DNA of 38,917 nucleotides from positions 1-38,917 of the forward strand of contig JAYOTF010000032.1 of the NCBI GenBank assembly GCA_038150265.1. Reading direction: 5' to 3'. The translations under genes were made by a program, and so were the position numbers. Below the pieces are notes generated by a model. It did not search any database and was not told the origin of the DNA. It saw only the letters and a program-made list of their open reading frames with translations. Below are positions 1 through 8,309 of this stretch, one piece after another. Within the stretch, counting starts at the first letter, position 1. The number at the start of each line of letters is the position of its first letter. Source of the DNA: Deltaproteobacteria bacterium. GTDB taxonomy: Bacteria > SAR324 > NAC60-12.

Positions 1-28
1 AGACTCCGTTTCATTGGTCACTGATTCC

Positions 29-586
29 TCATTGTTTTGAGTCATGTTTGGGTGGATCCTTGAGTTCGTCTTCGAGCTCCTGCTTTGCGGCAGCAAGCTC
101 CTGTTTGGCCATTTCGTGAAATTCCTCAAGAACCTTTGATTCAACCTTGCTCACTCCAGAGGAGTAGAAGAAGCTCCCGGACGCGTCTGCAATCGCAGTG
201 GCCAGGCGCTCCAGGTCTTCGTTAAACTCAACGGCACTCTGGTGGGGAAGGCGACGGTTGATGTACTTCATGATGCCACGCATCCAGTCGTCTTCACGGT
301 TGAGGGTGCCTCCTCGCAGGCGCGCCAGGAGCGCGTCCTTGGACTCAAAGGTTTGCCGGAACAACCAGCGGCTGTATGGGGTTTTGCAGTACTTTCGCTG
401 CTCAATCCATTGAAAGAAGACGCTGAACTCGTCGTCGTCCATCGTCCCATCGGCTTCTGCCACCTTCAGGAAGATCAAAAAGGGAAGCTCCTTCATGGCA
501 GCTTCCCACTGATCCTCCTCACTCTGGTTCTCAGCAGGTTTTTCGGCCTCTTGCTCTGGTGAAGTTGCAGTGGGGTCTTCGCTCAT
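29..586 (-). CDS. TerB-like (tellurite-resistance TerB fold) protein, 185 aa
   Basis: ORF track 29..646; the likelier start is ATG at 586 (MSEDPTAT). Contains 'LKVAEADGTMDDDE' and 'LATAIADASG...VSKVESKVL', matching the paired A-x-ADG-x4-E helices of TerB-like folds. Confidence 0.55.
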   Translation of the reverse strand: MSEDPTATSPEQEAEKPAENQSEEDQWEAAMKELPFLIFLKVAEADGTMDDDEFSVFFQWIEQRKYCKTPYSRWLFRQTFESKDALLARLRGGTLNREDDWMRGIMKYINRRLPHQSAVEFNEDLERLATAIADASGSFFYSSGVSKVESKVLEEFHEMAKQELAAAKQELEDELKDPPKHDSKQ

Positions 587-751
587 GAGTCTCACACAAA
601 AGGTTGAACAAACCTCCGCCGCCCTCGCAAGTTTGACGGCGAGCAACGCAGGCGGCTAAACTGTTCCATGAATCCGGACTGCGTTTGCCCGGTTTTCGTG
701 AGGACACTGGCTGCATAAAACGTGCGCAACTTTTTTCCTCCAACCACATTT

Positions 752-767
752 CGCGGAAACCATGCCA
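752..767 (-). promoter_or_regulatory. Possible sigma-54 (-24/-12) promoter for the TerB-like gene
   Basis: Minus strand reads TGGCATGGTTTCCGCG: GG-N10-GC spacing with TGGCA intact, but the TT before the -12 GC is CC. Confidence 0.25.
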
Positions 768-854
768 GAGCCTTGCCTGCCCATTCAACCGCATCAGCGG
801 TTTCGTTTTGATGTAACGCGTTTCAAATTACCTGTTTTCCGCTAAAAAGCAATC

Positions 855-1703
855 GTGATCCCTTTTGTTGTTGCAAACGTTTACAGCCGGACGTGGGAAG
901 CCCTGACGCATCCGGACCCCACCACCAAAGTCACCCTCACGACTCAACTACGCACCGCCTGGGAAGCGGGCCAGCTGAACCGAGACCCGACTCCCGTGGA
1001 AGCCCTTCCGGTTCCGGGACGTCCGGAACGTCCGGAGCTGGTGCTGCCCCGGAACCTCAAGAAGCGCAAACTCAGCACCCCGGAAGGCCGCGCCGTGCTG
1101 ATTCATGCCCTGGCGCACATTGAGTTCAATGCCATCAACCTTGCGCTGGATGCCGCCTATCGCTTTCAGCAGCTGCCGGATGCCTACCTCTCAGACTGGC
1201 TTCAGGTGGCAGCAGACGAGGCCCGGCACTTCGGGCTCCTGCGGCAGCGACTTCAGGCGCACGGCTTTGACTACGGCGACTTCCCGGCCCACAACGGCCT
1301 CTGGTCCATGGCCTGCAAGACGGCTCACGACCCGCTGGAACGCATGGCGCTGGTGCCTCGGGTCATGGAAGCCCGCGGGCTCGATGTGACCCCGGGAATG
1401 ATCACGCGCTTTGACGCCCTGGGCGATGCCGAAACCGCCGACGTCCTCCGGATCATCTGGCAGGATGAGGTCACCCACGTGGAAATTGGCAACCGCTGGT
1501 TCCACCACCTCTGTCAGGAACGCGCCCTCGACCCCGAATCCACCTTCTATGCGCTGGTCGAGCAGCACATGCCCGGAGGCCTGCGGGGTCCCTTTCACCT
1601 GGAAGGTCGGCGAAAAGCCGGGTTCTCTGAAGCCGAGCTGGAGCGCCTGCAGGTCCAGGCAGCCATTCCCGCCTTGCACTCCTCTTCCGGACCGGTAGCT
1701 TGA
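855..1703 (+). CDS. Ferritin-like di-iron protein (DUF455 family)
   Basis: Motifs HALAHIEFNAINLA, DEARHF, EARGLD and DEVTHV (paired ExxH iron ligands) typical of DUF455. Confidence 0.9.
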   Translation: MIPFVVANVYSRTWEALTHPDPTTKVTLTTQLRTAWEAGQLNRDPTPVEALPVPGRPERPELVLPRNLKKRKLSTPEGRAVLIHALAHIEFNAINLALDAAYRFQQLPDAYLSDWLQVAADEARHFGLLRQRLQAHGFDYGDFPAHNGLWSMACKTAHDPLERMALVPRVMEARGLDVTPGMITRFDALGDAETADVLRIIWQDEVTHVEIGNRWFHHLCQERALDPESTFYALVEQHMPGGLRGPFHLEGRRKAGFSEAELERLQVQAAIPALHSSSGPVA

Positions 1704-1751
1704 ACCTCGGTCTCTCCGGACGTTCGCGCCCGGACTTCCTTTCCTCGCAAG

Positions 1752-4478
1752 ATGACGTCCATGCCCACGCTGTTTGCCATTGATTCCATGGCGGTGCTGT
1801 ACCGCGGTTACTTTGCCATGATCCGCAACCCGCTGATCAACTCCAGGGGGCTCAACACCAGCGGCATCCGGGCAGTCTTGATGCAGATCATCAAGATCAT
1901 TGAAGAGGACCGGCCCGAGTACCTTGCCGTTGCCTCCGATTCCAGCGAGCCCACGTTCCGGCATGAGCGCTTTCCCGCCTACAAGGCCACCCGCGAGAAA
2001 ATGCCCGAGGACCTCGTTGCCCAGTTGCCCTACCTGCCTCGCCTGGTCGAAGCCCTCCAGCTGCCGTACCTGATCCTTCCCGGATACGAAGCGGATGACA
2101 TCATCGGCACCCTGATGCGCTGGTGTCGCGAAGCCAACCTCCACGGTGTGATGGTCACCAGCGACAAGGACTACCTGCAGCTCGTTTCCAAGACCACGGA
2201 AGTCCTCGACCACAAGGGGGACCGCCTCGGCCTGGCTGCGGTTCAGGACCGCTTTGGGGGCACTCCGGAGCAGGTCATTGAGGTCCTTGGCCTGATGGGA
2301 GACACGTCTGACAACATTCCCGGCGTCCGGGGCGTTGGTGAAAAGACCGCCGTGAAGCTCATTCAGGAGTACGGAAGCATTGCAGGCGTTTATGAAAATG
2401 TCGCCGCCATCAAGGGGAAGCTTCAGGAGAAGCTCCGGGACGGTGAAGCGGACGCCTGGCTGTCTCGGGAGCTGGTGACCATTCATCAGGAGGTGCCGCT
2501 TTCCTCAACACTGGAAGACCTGCACCTGGGTCAGACGAATCTGTACGACAACCCGGACTTCCACGCCTTGCTGGAAGAGCTGGAGTTCCACACCCTCCTC
2601 AAGCGATTTCAGAAGCAGTCCAGCTCCGCCCCAACCCCCCGGCCCAAGAAGCCCGCTCCGCCTCCCGAGCCTGTTGAAGCACCGCAGGAGCCCCTGCAAG
2701 CGGAAGCGGTGCTGCTTGAGACTCCGGAGGCCTTTCAGGAGTGGCTGGCGGCTCTGCCTCCGGATGGGCCAGTGGGGCTCGCTGCGCTTTTTTCAGACGA
2801 GCACCGGCTCGATGGCGTGCTGACGGGGCTGGCGATCAGCGCCCAAGCCGGAACCGCCGGCGTCGTCCGTACCCCTGAAAACCCGGGCTGGAAGCCGGCA
2901 CTGCAGGCGTTTTTCTCCAGCGCGCGTCCCAAAAGCGTTCACGACAGCAAACGCCTCCGGCATGGCCTCCGGGCCTCTGGGTATGAACTGGCAGGCGTCC
3001 AGTTTGATGCCCTGATCGCCGCCCACCTGGTGGACCCACTGGAGCGGAAGTTTGACCTCGACCGTCTGATTGGACGGCGTCTTCACAAAACCCGGACGCC
3101 TGCCGAGGAGGCTCCGGCAGACCAGCAGCTGGAACTGCTCCCCACCGTGGACCCAACCCTCACCCGGCGACTCGCTGAAGACGCGGTGGCGATCTGGGAG
3201 CTGCAACAGGCCCTCACGCCCCAGCTGCAGCAGACGGGACAGCTCGCCCTCTTTGAGCAGATTGAACTCCCCCTCGCTCAGGTGCTCGCCGAGATGGAGT
3301 GGGAAGGTGTGGCACTCGATGTCCCTGGACTTCAGGAAGTGTCTCAGGAGTTTGACTCTCGCCTGGAAGCCTTCCGGACCCGCATCCATGAACTCGCAGG
3401 AACGACTTTCAACGTCAACTCGGTTCCGGAACTGCAGACCGTGCTTTATGAAAAGCTGCGGCTCCATGAGCAGTTCAAGGTCAAACCCAAGAAGATCAAG
3501 ATTGGCCTCGGCCTCTCCACTGATGAGGAAACGCTCGAGAAGCTCGCAGAGCATGAACTGCCCCGGACCCTGCTGGAATACCGGGGCATCAACAAGCTCA
3601 AGAGCACCTACGTGGATCAGCTCCCGACTTACGTCCACGGGCGCTCCGGACACCTCCACACCACCTTCAATCAGGCAGCCACAGCGACCGGACGCCTTTC
3701 CTCCGACAGTCCCAACCTGCAAAACATCCCCATCCGGACTGAAGAAGGCCGGCGCGTTCGGCGGGCCTTTGTGGCATCTGGCCCCGGACGGGTGCTGATC
3801 TCTGCCGATTACAGCCAGATTGAGTTGCGCGTGGTCGCCCATTACTCCAAAGACCCCACCTTTCTGGCAGCCTACCGAGACGGCCTGGACATCCATGCCC
3901 TCACCGCGGCAGCCATTTTTGAAGTCCCGGAAGCTGAGGTCACGCGAGAAATGCGCTCTGCCGCCAAGGAGGTCAACTTCGGGCTCATCTACCGCATGGG
4001 CGCAGACCGGTTGGCCCTGGTGACCGGGCGTTCCAAGGCCGAGGCCAAGGCCTTCATTGAGCGCTACTTTCAGCGCTACAGCACCATCCACGCCCTGCAG
4101 GAGCACTTTCTGGAAACCGCCCGCAAGGAAGGCTACGCCCAGACCTTGCTGGGGCGCCGACGCCCGCTTCCGGAAATCAATGGGCGTGGCCTGGCCAAGA
4201 GCCTTGCAGAAGGCGGAGCGGTCAACACACCGATCCAGGGCTCTGCTGCCGAGATCATCAAACTGGCCATGCTGGCGATTGATCGGCGCCTCCGGGAAGA
4301 AGGGCTCCGGTCGAAGATGGTCCTCTCGGTTCATGACGAAATCGTCCTGGACGCCTTTGCAGACGAGGCGGAGGCTGTTCAGCAACTCGTCAAAGCCGAA
4401 ATGGAGCACGTGCTCCTGCTGGAAGTCCCGCTGGTCGCTGAGGTCGGCACCGGCGCCAACTGGCTGGACGCCCACTGA
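1752..4478 (+). CDS. polA: DNA polymerase I
   Basis: N-terminal 5'-3' exonuclease (YEADDIIGTL, GDTSDNIPGVRGVGEKTA); family A polymerase motifs TGRLSS..PNLQNIP, motif A ADYSQIELR, motif B AKEVNFGLIY, motif C VHDE. Confidence 0.98.
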   Translation: MTSMPTLFAIDSMAVLYRGYFAMIRNPLINSRGLNTSGIRAVLMQIIKIIEEDRPEYLAVASDSSEPTFRHERFPAYKATREKMPEDLVAQLPYLPRLVEALQLPYLILPGYEADDIIGTLMRWCREANLHGVMVTSDKDYLQLVSKTTEVLDHKGDRLGLAAVQDRFGGTPEQVIEVLGLMGDTSDNIPGVRGVGEKTAVKLIQEYGSIAGVYENVAAIKGKLQEKLRDGEADAWLSRELVTIHQEVPLSSTLEDLHLGQTNLYDNPDFHALLEELEFHTLLKRFQKQSSSAPTPRPKKPAPPPEPVEAPQEPLQAEAVLLETPEAFQEWLAALPPDGPVGLAALFSDEHRLDGVLTGLAISAQAGTAGVVRTPENPGWKPALQAFFSSARPKSVHDSKRLRHGLRASGYELAGVQFDALIAAHLVDPLERKFDLDRLIGRRLHKTRTPAEEAPADQQLELLPTVDPTLTRRLAEDAVAIWELQQALTPQLQQTGQLALFEQIELPLAQVLAEMEWEGVALDVPGLQEVSQEFDSRLEAFRTRIHELAGTTFNVNSVPELQTVLYEKLRLHEQFKVKPKKIKIGLGLSTDEETLEKLAEHELPRTLLEYRGINKLKSTYVDQLPTYVHGRSGHLHTTFNQAATATGRLSSDSPNLQNIPIRTEEGRRVRRAFVASGPGRVLISADYSQIELRVVAHYSKDPTFLAAYRDGLDIHALTAAAIFEVPEAEVTREMRSAAKEVNFGLIYRMGADRLALVTGRSKAEAKAFIERYFQRYSTIHALQEHFLETARKEGYAQTLLGRRRPLPEINGRGLAKSLAEGGAVNTPIQGSAAEIIKLAMLAIDRRLREEGLRSKMVLSVHDEIVLDAFADEAEAVQQLVKAEMEHVLLLEVPLVAEVGTGANWLDAH

Positions 4479-4525
4479 CCTCCGGGCTTCGCAACCGCAT
4501 CAGGCCCCAATCAGGGAGAGAGACA

Positions 4526-5437
4526 ATGCAAGCAGAATGCGTGGTGGATTGCCGGTGCATGCTCGGCGAGGGCATCATCTGGGATGCTGAAAGTCAACGG
4601 CTGTGGTGGGTGGACATTCCCTTGCCGCAGCCCCGGATTCACTGCTGGGACCCGGCTTCTGGCGAACACCAGTGCTGGGATGTTCCGGAAATGGTGGGCT
4701 CGCTTGCCGTCTGCGAAGATGGCTCCCTGCTCGTCGCCTCGCACTTCGGTTTGAACCGTTTTCATCCCGACCCGGGCAAGCTGGAACGCCTCAGCACCCC
4801 GGAAGCCCACCGGCCACAGAATCGTGCCAACGATGGCAAGTGCGACCCACTTGGGCGGTTCTGGTTTGGAACCATGCAAAACAACATCGGCCCCCGTGGC
4901 GAAGACATTCCGCTCACGGAGCACTCCGGAACCCTCTACCGCACTGAGAGCGACCTCAGGGTGCATCCGGTTGTCTCAGGCATCGCCATTTCCAACTCGC
5001 TGTGCTGGAGTCCGGACGGCACCACGATGTACCTCAGTGACACCGTCAGCGGCTGGATTGAGGCCTTCGACTTTGACCTGGCTTCCGGAGCCGTTTCCGG
5101 GCGCCGACGGTTCGCCTCTGCTGAAGGGAAGGGCTTTCCAGACGGCGCCACCACAGACTCTGACGGAGGCGTGTGGAGCTGCCGCTGGGGCGGTGGGCAG
5201 GTGCTGCGCTTTGATGCCTCTGGAGCCGAAAGCGCCGCCGTCCCCCTTCCGGCCCAAAACGTGACCTGTGCCACCTTTGGGGGTCCGGATCTCGACACGC
5301 TGTACATCACGACGGCTCGGCAGGCGACCCCGGCGGCGGTGCTGGAGGCGCACCCCACCATTGGGGGGATCTTTGCGGTGAAGCCGGGCGTGACGGGGTC
5401 AGCGACCCCACGATTTCGGGACGCTTCCCGGCGTTGA
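4526..5437 (+). CDS. SMP-30/gluconolactonase/LRE family sugar lactonase
   Basis: LGEGIIWD, NRANDGKCDPLGRFWFGTM, SNSLCWSPDG, FPDGATTD, TFGGPDLDTLYIT; purine-rich RBS upstream. Confidence 0.93.
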   Translation: MQAECVVDCRCMLGEGIIWDAESQRLWWVDIPLPQPRIHCWDPASGEHQCWDVPEMVGSLAVCEDGSLLVASHFGLNRFHPDPGKLERLSTPEAHRPQNRANDGKCDPLGRFWFGTMQNNIGPRGEDIPLTEHSGTLYRTESDLRVHPVVSGIAISNSLCWSPDGTTMYLSDTVSGWIEAFDFDLASGAVSGRRRFASAEGKGFPDGATTDSDGGVWSCRWGGGQVLRFDASGAESAAVPLPAQNVTCATFGGPDLDTLYITTARQATPAAVLEAHPTIGGIFAVKPGVTGSATPRFRDASRR

Positions 5438-5536
5438 CCCCCAGTGAGGCTGCTTGGTTTTTCGCATGGGCTTGTGTATCCTGCCCGTGTCACCCAAGCG
5501 GTGTGCTGTCTGAACCAATCGGCTTTAGGAGAATCC

Positions 5537-6136
5537 ATGCTGATGCGTTTGCTTGTGCTGTTGCTCCTCCCCACCACGGTGTGGGCGCAGGGAATTTTGG
5601 AGACGGAGTCCATCCGCCAGCGCCTCTTTGACCGAATTGGGAACCGTGACTCGCAGTCTGTGGTTCCGGAGATGCTGGAAGGCACCCTCGGACGCGTGAC
5701 CGACTCGGAAAGCGTCTGGGTCCGCATTGACGACCGGGGCGAGTTCCGGAAGTGGACCTACAAGCTCTCGAAGAGCAGCCTCAGCCTGCCTCGTCAGGAA
5801 ATCCGGATCTGGCTCCAGCACGTCTCGCCCGATCGCTCGATCAGCCAGGGCAAGGAGTACAACGAGTGGTTCAAGAAGAAGGCGGCCTTTGAGCTGGGCA
5901 AGACCTTCTACAACCGCCACGTCCGGGTAGAATACGACTACTCTGAAGTCACGTACCGCCTGACCGGCATGGTGTGGTCCGGACGTGACAGCCTGAACCT
6001 GTGGCTGGTGAAGAACGGCTGGTCCTTCTACCTGCTCTCTGATGAGCCCCCTCCGGAGCATGGCGACTTCCTGGCCGCTGAAAAGCAGGCACAGCGGGCA
6101 CAAGTCGGCTTGTGGAAACCCGAATTGCAGAAATGA
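5537..6136 (+). CDS. Exported thermonuclease (SNase)-like protein with a degenerate active site
   Basis: AGGAGA at 5527-5532, ATG 5537, signal peptide MLMRLLVLLLLPTTVWAQ; C-terminal SNase signature 'LNLWLVKNGW...FLAAEKQAQRAQVGLW'. Confidence 0.75.
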   Translation: MLMRLLVLLLLPTTVWAQGILETESIRQRLFDRIGNRDSQSVVPEMLEGTLGRVTDSESVWVRIDDRGEFRKWTYKLSKSSLSLPRQEIRIWLQHVSPDRSISQGKEYNEWFKKKAAFELGKTFYNRHVRVEYDYSEVTYRLTGMVWSGRDSLNLWLVKNGWSFYLLSDEPPPEHGDFLAAEKQAQRAQVGLWKPELQK

Positions 6137-6261
6137 CTCCCGGCCCGGAGGCTCCTCTTTTGTCCGGATCCAAGGATTTCAATTGAACCTTTTTCTGCAT
6201 TTGAGTAAATCTTTGTGCTTGCTTGATGCAGTCTTTGTGTTGAGTTGACCCAATTTTCCTT

Positions 6262-6281
6262 CCGAACTGCCCCCAGTTCGG
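6262..6281 (+). promoter_or_regulatory. Perfect 8-bp inverted repeat in the leader of the nucleoside-transport operon
   Basis: CCGAACTG-CCCC-CAGTTCGG, ending 14 nt before the AGGAG RBS at 6296-6300. Confidence 0.45.
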
Positions 6282-6307
6282 GCTCACTGATCACTAGGAG
6301 AGATCTA

Positions 6308-7309
6308 ATGAAAAAAATCCTCTCAGGCTTGCTCTGTGCTGGGGCGCTGGCGCTTTCTGCCACATCGGCCATGGCCATGAAGCCCGCTGTGCTGTTTGAC
6401 ATGGGTGGTAAGTTTGACAAGTCCTTCAACGAGGGAATCTGGAACGGCGTGGAGCAGTTCCGGAAGGAAACCGGCATCAAGTACCGCGAATTCGAGGTGC
6501 AGCAGGAAGCCCAACGCGAGCAGTTCCTGCGCAAGCTCGCGGAGCGCTCTGATGTGGTGATTGCCGTTGGCTTTGGCCAGGCGCCCGCTCTGGAAAAAGT
6601 GGCTCCGGAATTCCCGAACGTCAAGTTCAGCATCATTGACATGGTCGTCGACCTGCCGAATGTGCAATCCATTGTCTTCAAGGAGCACGAGGGCTCCTTC
6701 CTCGTGGGCGCCCTGGCCGCCCTGAAGAGTGGCTCCGGCAAGGTGGGCTTCGTTGGGGGCATGGACATTCCGCTGATCCGCCGGTTTGCCTGCGGCTACG
6801 CACAGGGGGTGAAGCACATCAACGGCGGCGCAACCGTGTACTCAAAAATGACCGGCACCACTCCGGCGGCCTGGAATGACCCCACCCGCGGAGGCGAGCT
6901 GGCCAAGAGCATGTACGACAGCGGCGCCGATGTGGTCTATGCTGCCGCCGGCGGAACCGGACTCGGAGTGCTGCAAGCTGCCGCTGACAACAACAAGCTC
7001 GCCATTGGGGTGGACAGCAACCAGAACCACCTGCAGCCAGGCTTCGTCCTGACGTCCATGCTCAAGCGCGTTGACGTCGCCGCCTATGAAGTCTTCCGGA
7101 CCGCCAACGAGGGCACCTGGAAGCCAGGCATCAAGGTCCTTGGCCTTGCCGAAGATGGCGTGGGCTGGGCGCTGGACGAAAACAACGCCGGCCTCGTCAG
7201 TGACGGCATGCGTGACCAGGTGGAGCAGATCCGCCGGGACATCATTACCGGAAAAATTGCGGTGCATGACTACATGGCAGACAACAACTGCCCCGTCGCC
7301 ACCGAGTAA
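6308..7309 (+). CDS. BMP-family (PnrA-like) nucleoside ABC transporter substrate-binding protein
   Basis: AGGAG RBS then ATG 6308; signal peptide ending AMA; GGKFDKSFNE, FKEHEGSFLVG, GFVGGMD, AIGVDSNQ, TSMLKRVD motifs. Confidence 0.95.
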   Translation: MKKILSGLLCAGALALSATSAMAMKPAVLFDMGGKFDKSFNEGIWNGVEQFRKETGIKYREFEVQQEAQREQFLRKLAERSDVVIAVGFGQAPALEKVAPEFPNVKFSIIDMVVDLPNVQSIVFKEHEGSFLVGALAALKSGSGKVGFVGGMDIPLIRRFACGYAQGVKHINGGATVYSKMTGTTPAAWNDPTRGGELAKSMYDSGADVVYAAAGGTGLGVLQAAADNNKLAIGVDSNQNHLQPGFVLTSMLKRVDVAAYEVFRTANEGTWKPGIKVLGLAEDGVGWALDENNAGLVSDGMRDQVEQIRRDIITGKIAVHDYMADNNCPVATE

Positions 7310-7319
7310 CCTCCAGTGA

Positions 7320-7339
7320 GGCCGGGACCCTTCCCGGCC
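7320..7339 (+). other. Intercistronic hairpin after the binding-protein gene (possible mRNA stabiliser)
   Basis: GGCCGGGA-CCCT-TCCCGGCC, perfect 8-bp stem with no U-tract. Confidence 0.45.
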
Positions 7340-7365
7340 CTCCCCCAACTCCTGCCGGCAGCTTC

Positions 7366-8304
7366 ATGCCTCGTCAAATCATCATTGATACCGACCCGGG
7401 ACAGGACGACGCCCTGGCCATCTTGTTGGCTCTGGCCAGCCCTGCTGAGCTGGACGTCCTGGGCATCGTCACGGTTGCGGGAAACGTTCCGCTGCCGCTG
7501 ACGTCCCGGAACGCGCGCGCGCTGGTGGAGCTGGCCGGACGCCCAGAGGTTCCGGTGTTTGCCGGCTGCCCTCGCCCCCTCATGCGCCCACTGGTGACGG
7601 CCGAATACGTGCATGGCAAAACGGGGCTGGACGGCTGGGACGTTCCCGAGCCCACCCTCCCGCTGCAGCCGCAGCATGGCGTGGACTGGCTCATTGAGAC
7701 GCTGCTGGCCGCTGAAGACAACGCCATCACCCTCTGCACCCTCGCGCCGCTGACCAACATCGGCATGGCCATCGCGAAGGCCCCGGAGATCCTTCCGAAG
7801 ATTCGGGAAATCGTCATGATGGGAGGCGGCTTCTTTGAGGGGGGGAACATCACGCCAGTTGCAGAATTCAACATCTACGTCGACCCTCACGCTGCGCAGA
7901 CGGTGTTTGCCTGTGGGCGCCCCCTCACGGTGATGCCCCTCGACGTCACTCACAAGGCCCTTATGCCCAAGCCGTGGCTGCAGGCCTTGAAGGAACTCGA
8001 CTCCGCTGTCGGACGTGCCACCAACGGCATGCTGACGTTTTACGAGCGCTTTGACGTTGACAAGTACAACAGTTCCGGCGGGCCGTTGCATGACCCAACG
8101 GTGATCGCCTACCTGCTGCAGCCCGAGCTGTTCTCCGGGAAATCCGTCAATGTCACGGTGGAAACCGGATCGGAGCTGACCCTGGGCATGACGGTGGTCG
8201 ACTGGTGGGGCGTCACGGATCGTCCGGCCAATGCGCAGGTGATGAATCAGATTGACGCCGACGGCTTCTTCACCCTCCTCCTTGAGCGGCTGGCCCGCCT
8301 CTGA
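7366..8304 (+). CDS. Nucleoside hydrolase (IUNH/Rih family)
   Basis: N-terminal DTDPGQDD Ca-binding motif, VHGKTGL, GNITPVAEFNIYVDPHAA, LHDP. Confidence 0.96.
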   Translation: MPRQIIIDTDPGQDDALAILLALASPAELDVLGIVTVAGNVPLPLTSRNARALVELAGRPEVPVFAGCPRPLMRPLVTAEYVHGKTGLDGWDVPEPTLPLQPQHGVDWLIETLLAAEDNAITLCTLAPLTNIGMAIAKAPEILPKIREIVMMGGGFFEGGNITPVAEFNIYVDPHAAQTVFACGRPLTVMPLDVTHKALMPKPWLQALKELDSAVGRATNGMLTFYERFDVDKYNSSGGPLHDPTVIAYLLQPELFSGKSVNVTVETGSELTLGMTVVDWWGVTDRPANAQVMNQIDADGFFTLLLERLARL

Positions 8305-8309
8305 TTGCC

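Noticed and set aside
1191..4475. 431-aa and 560-aa minus-strand ORFs
   Set aside because: Antisense shadows of the DUF455 gene and polA.
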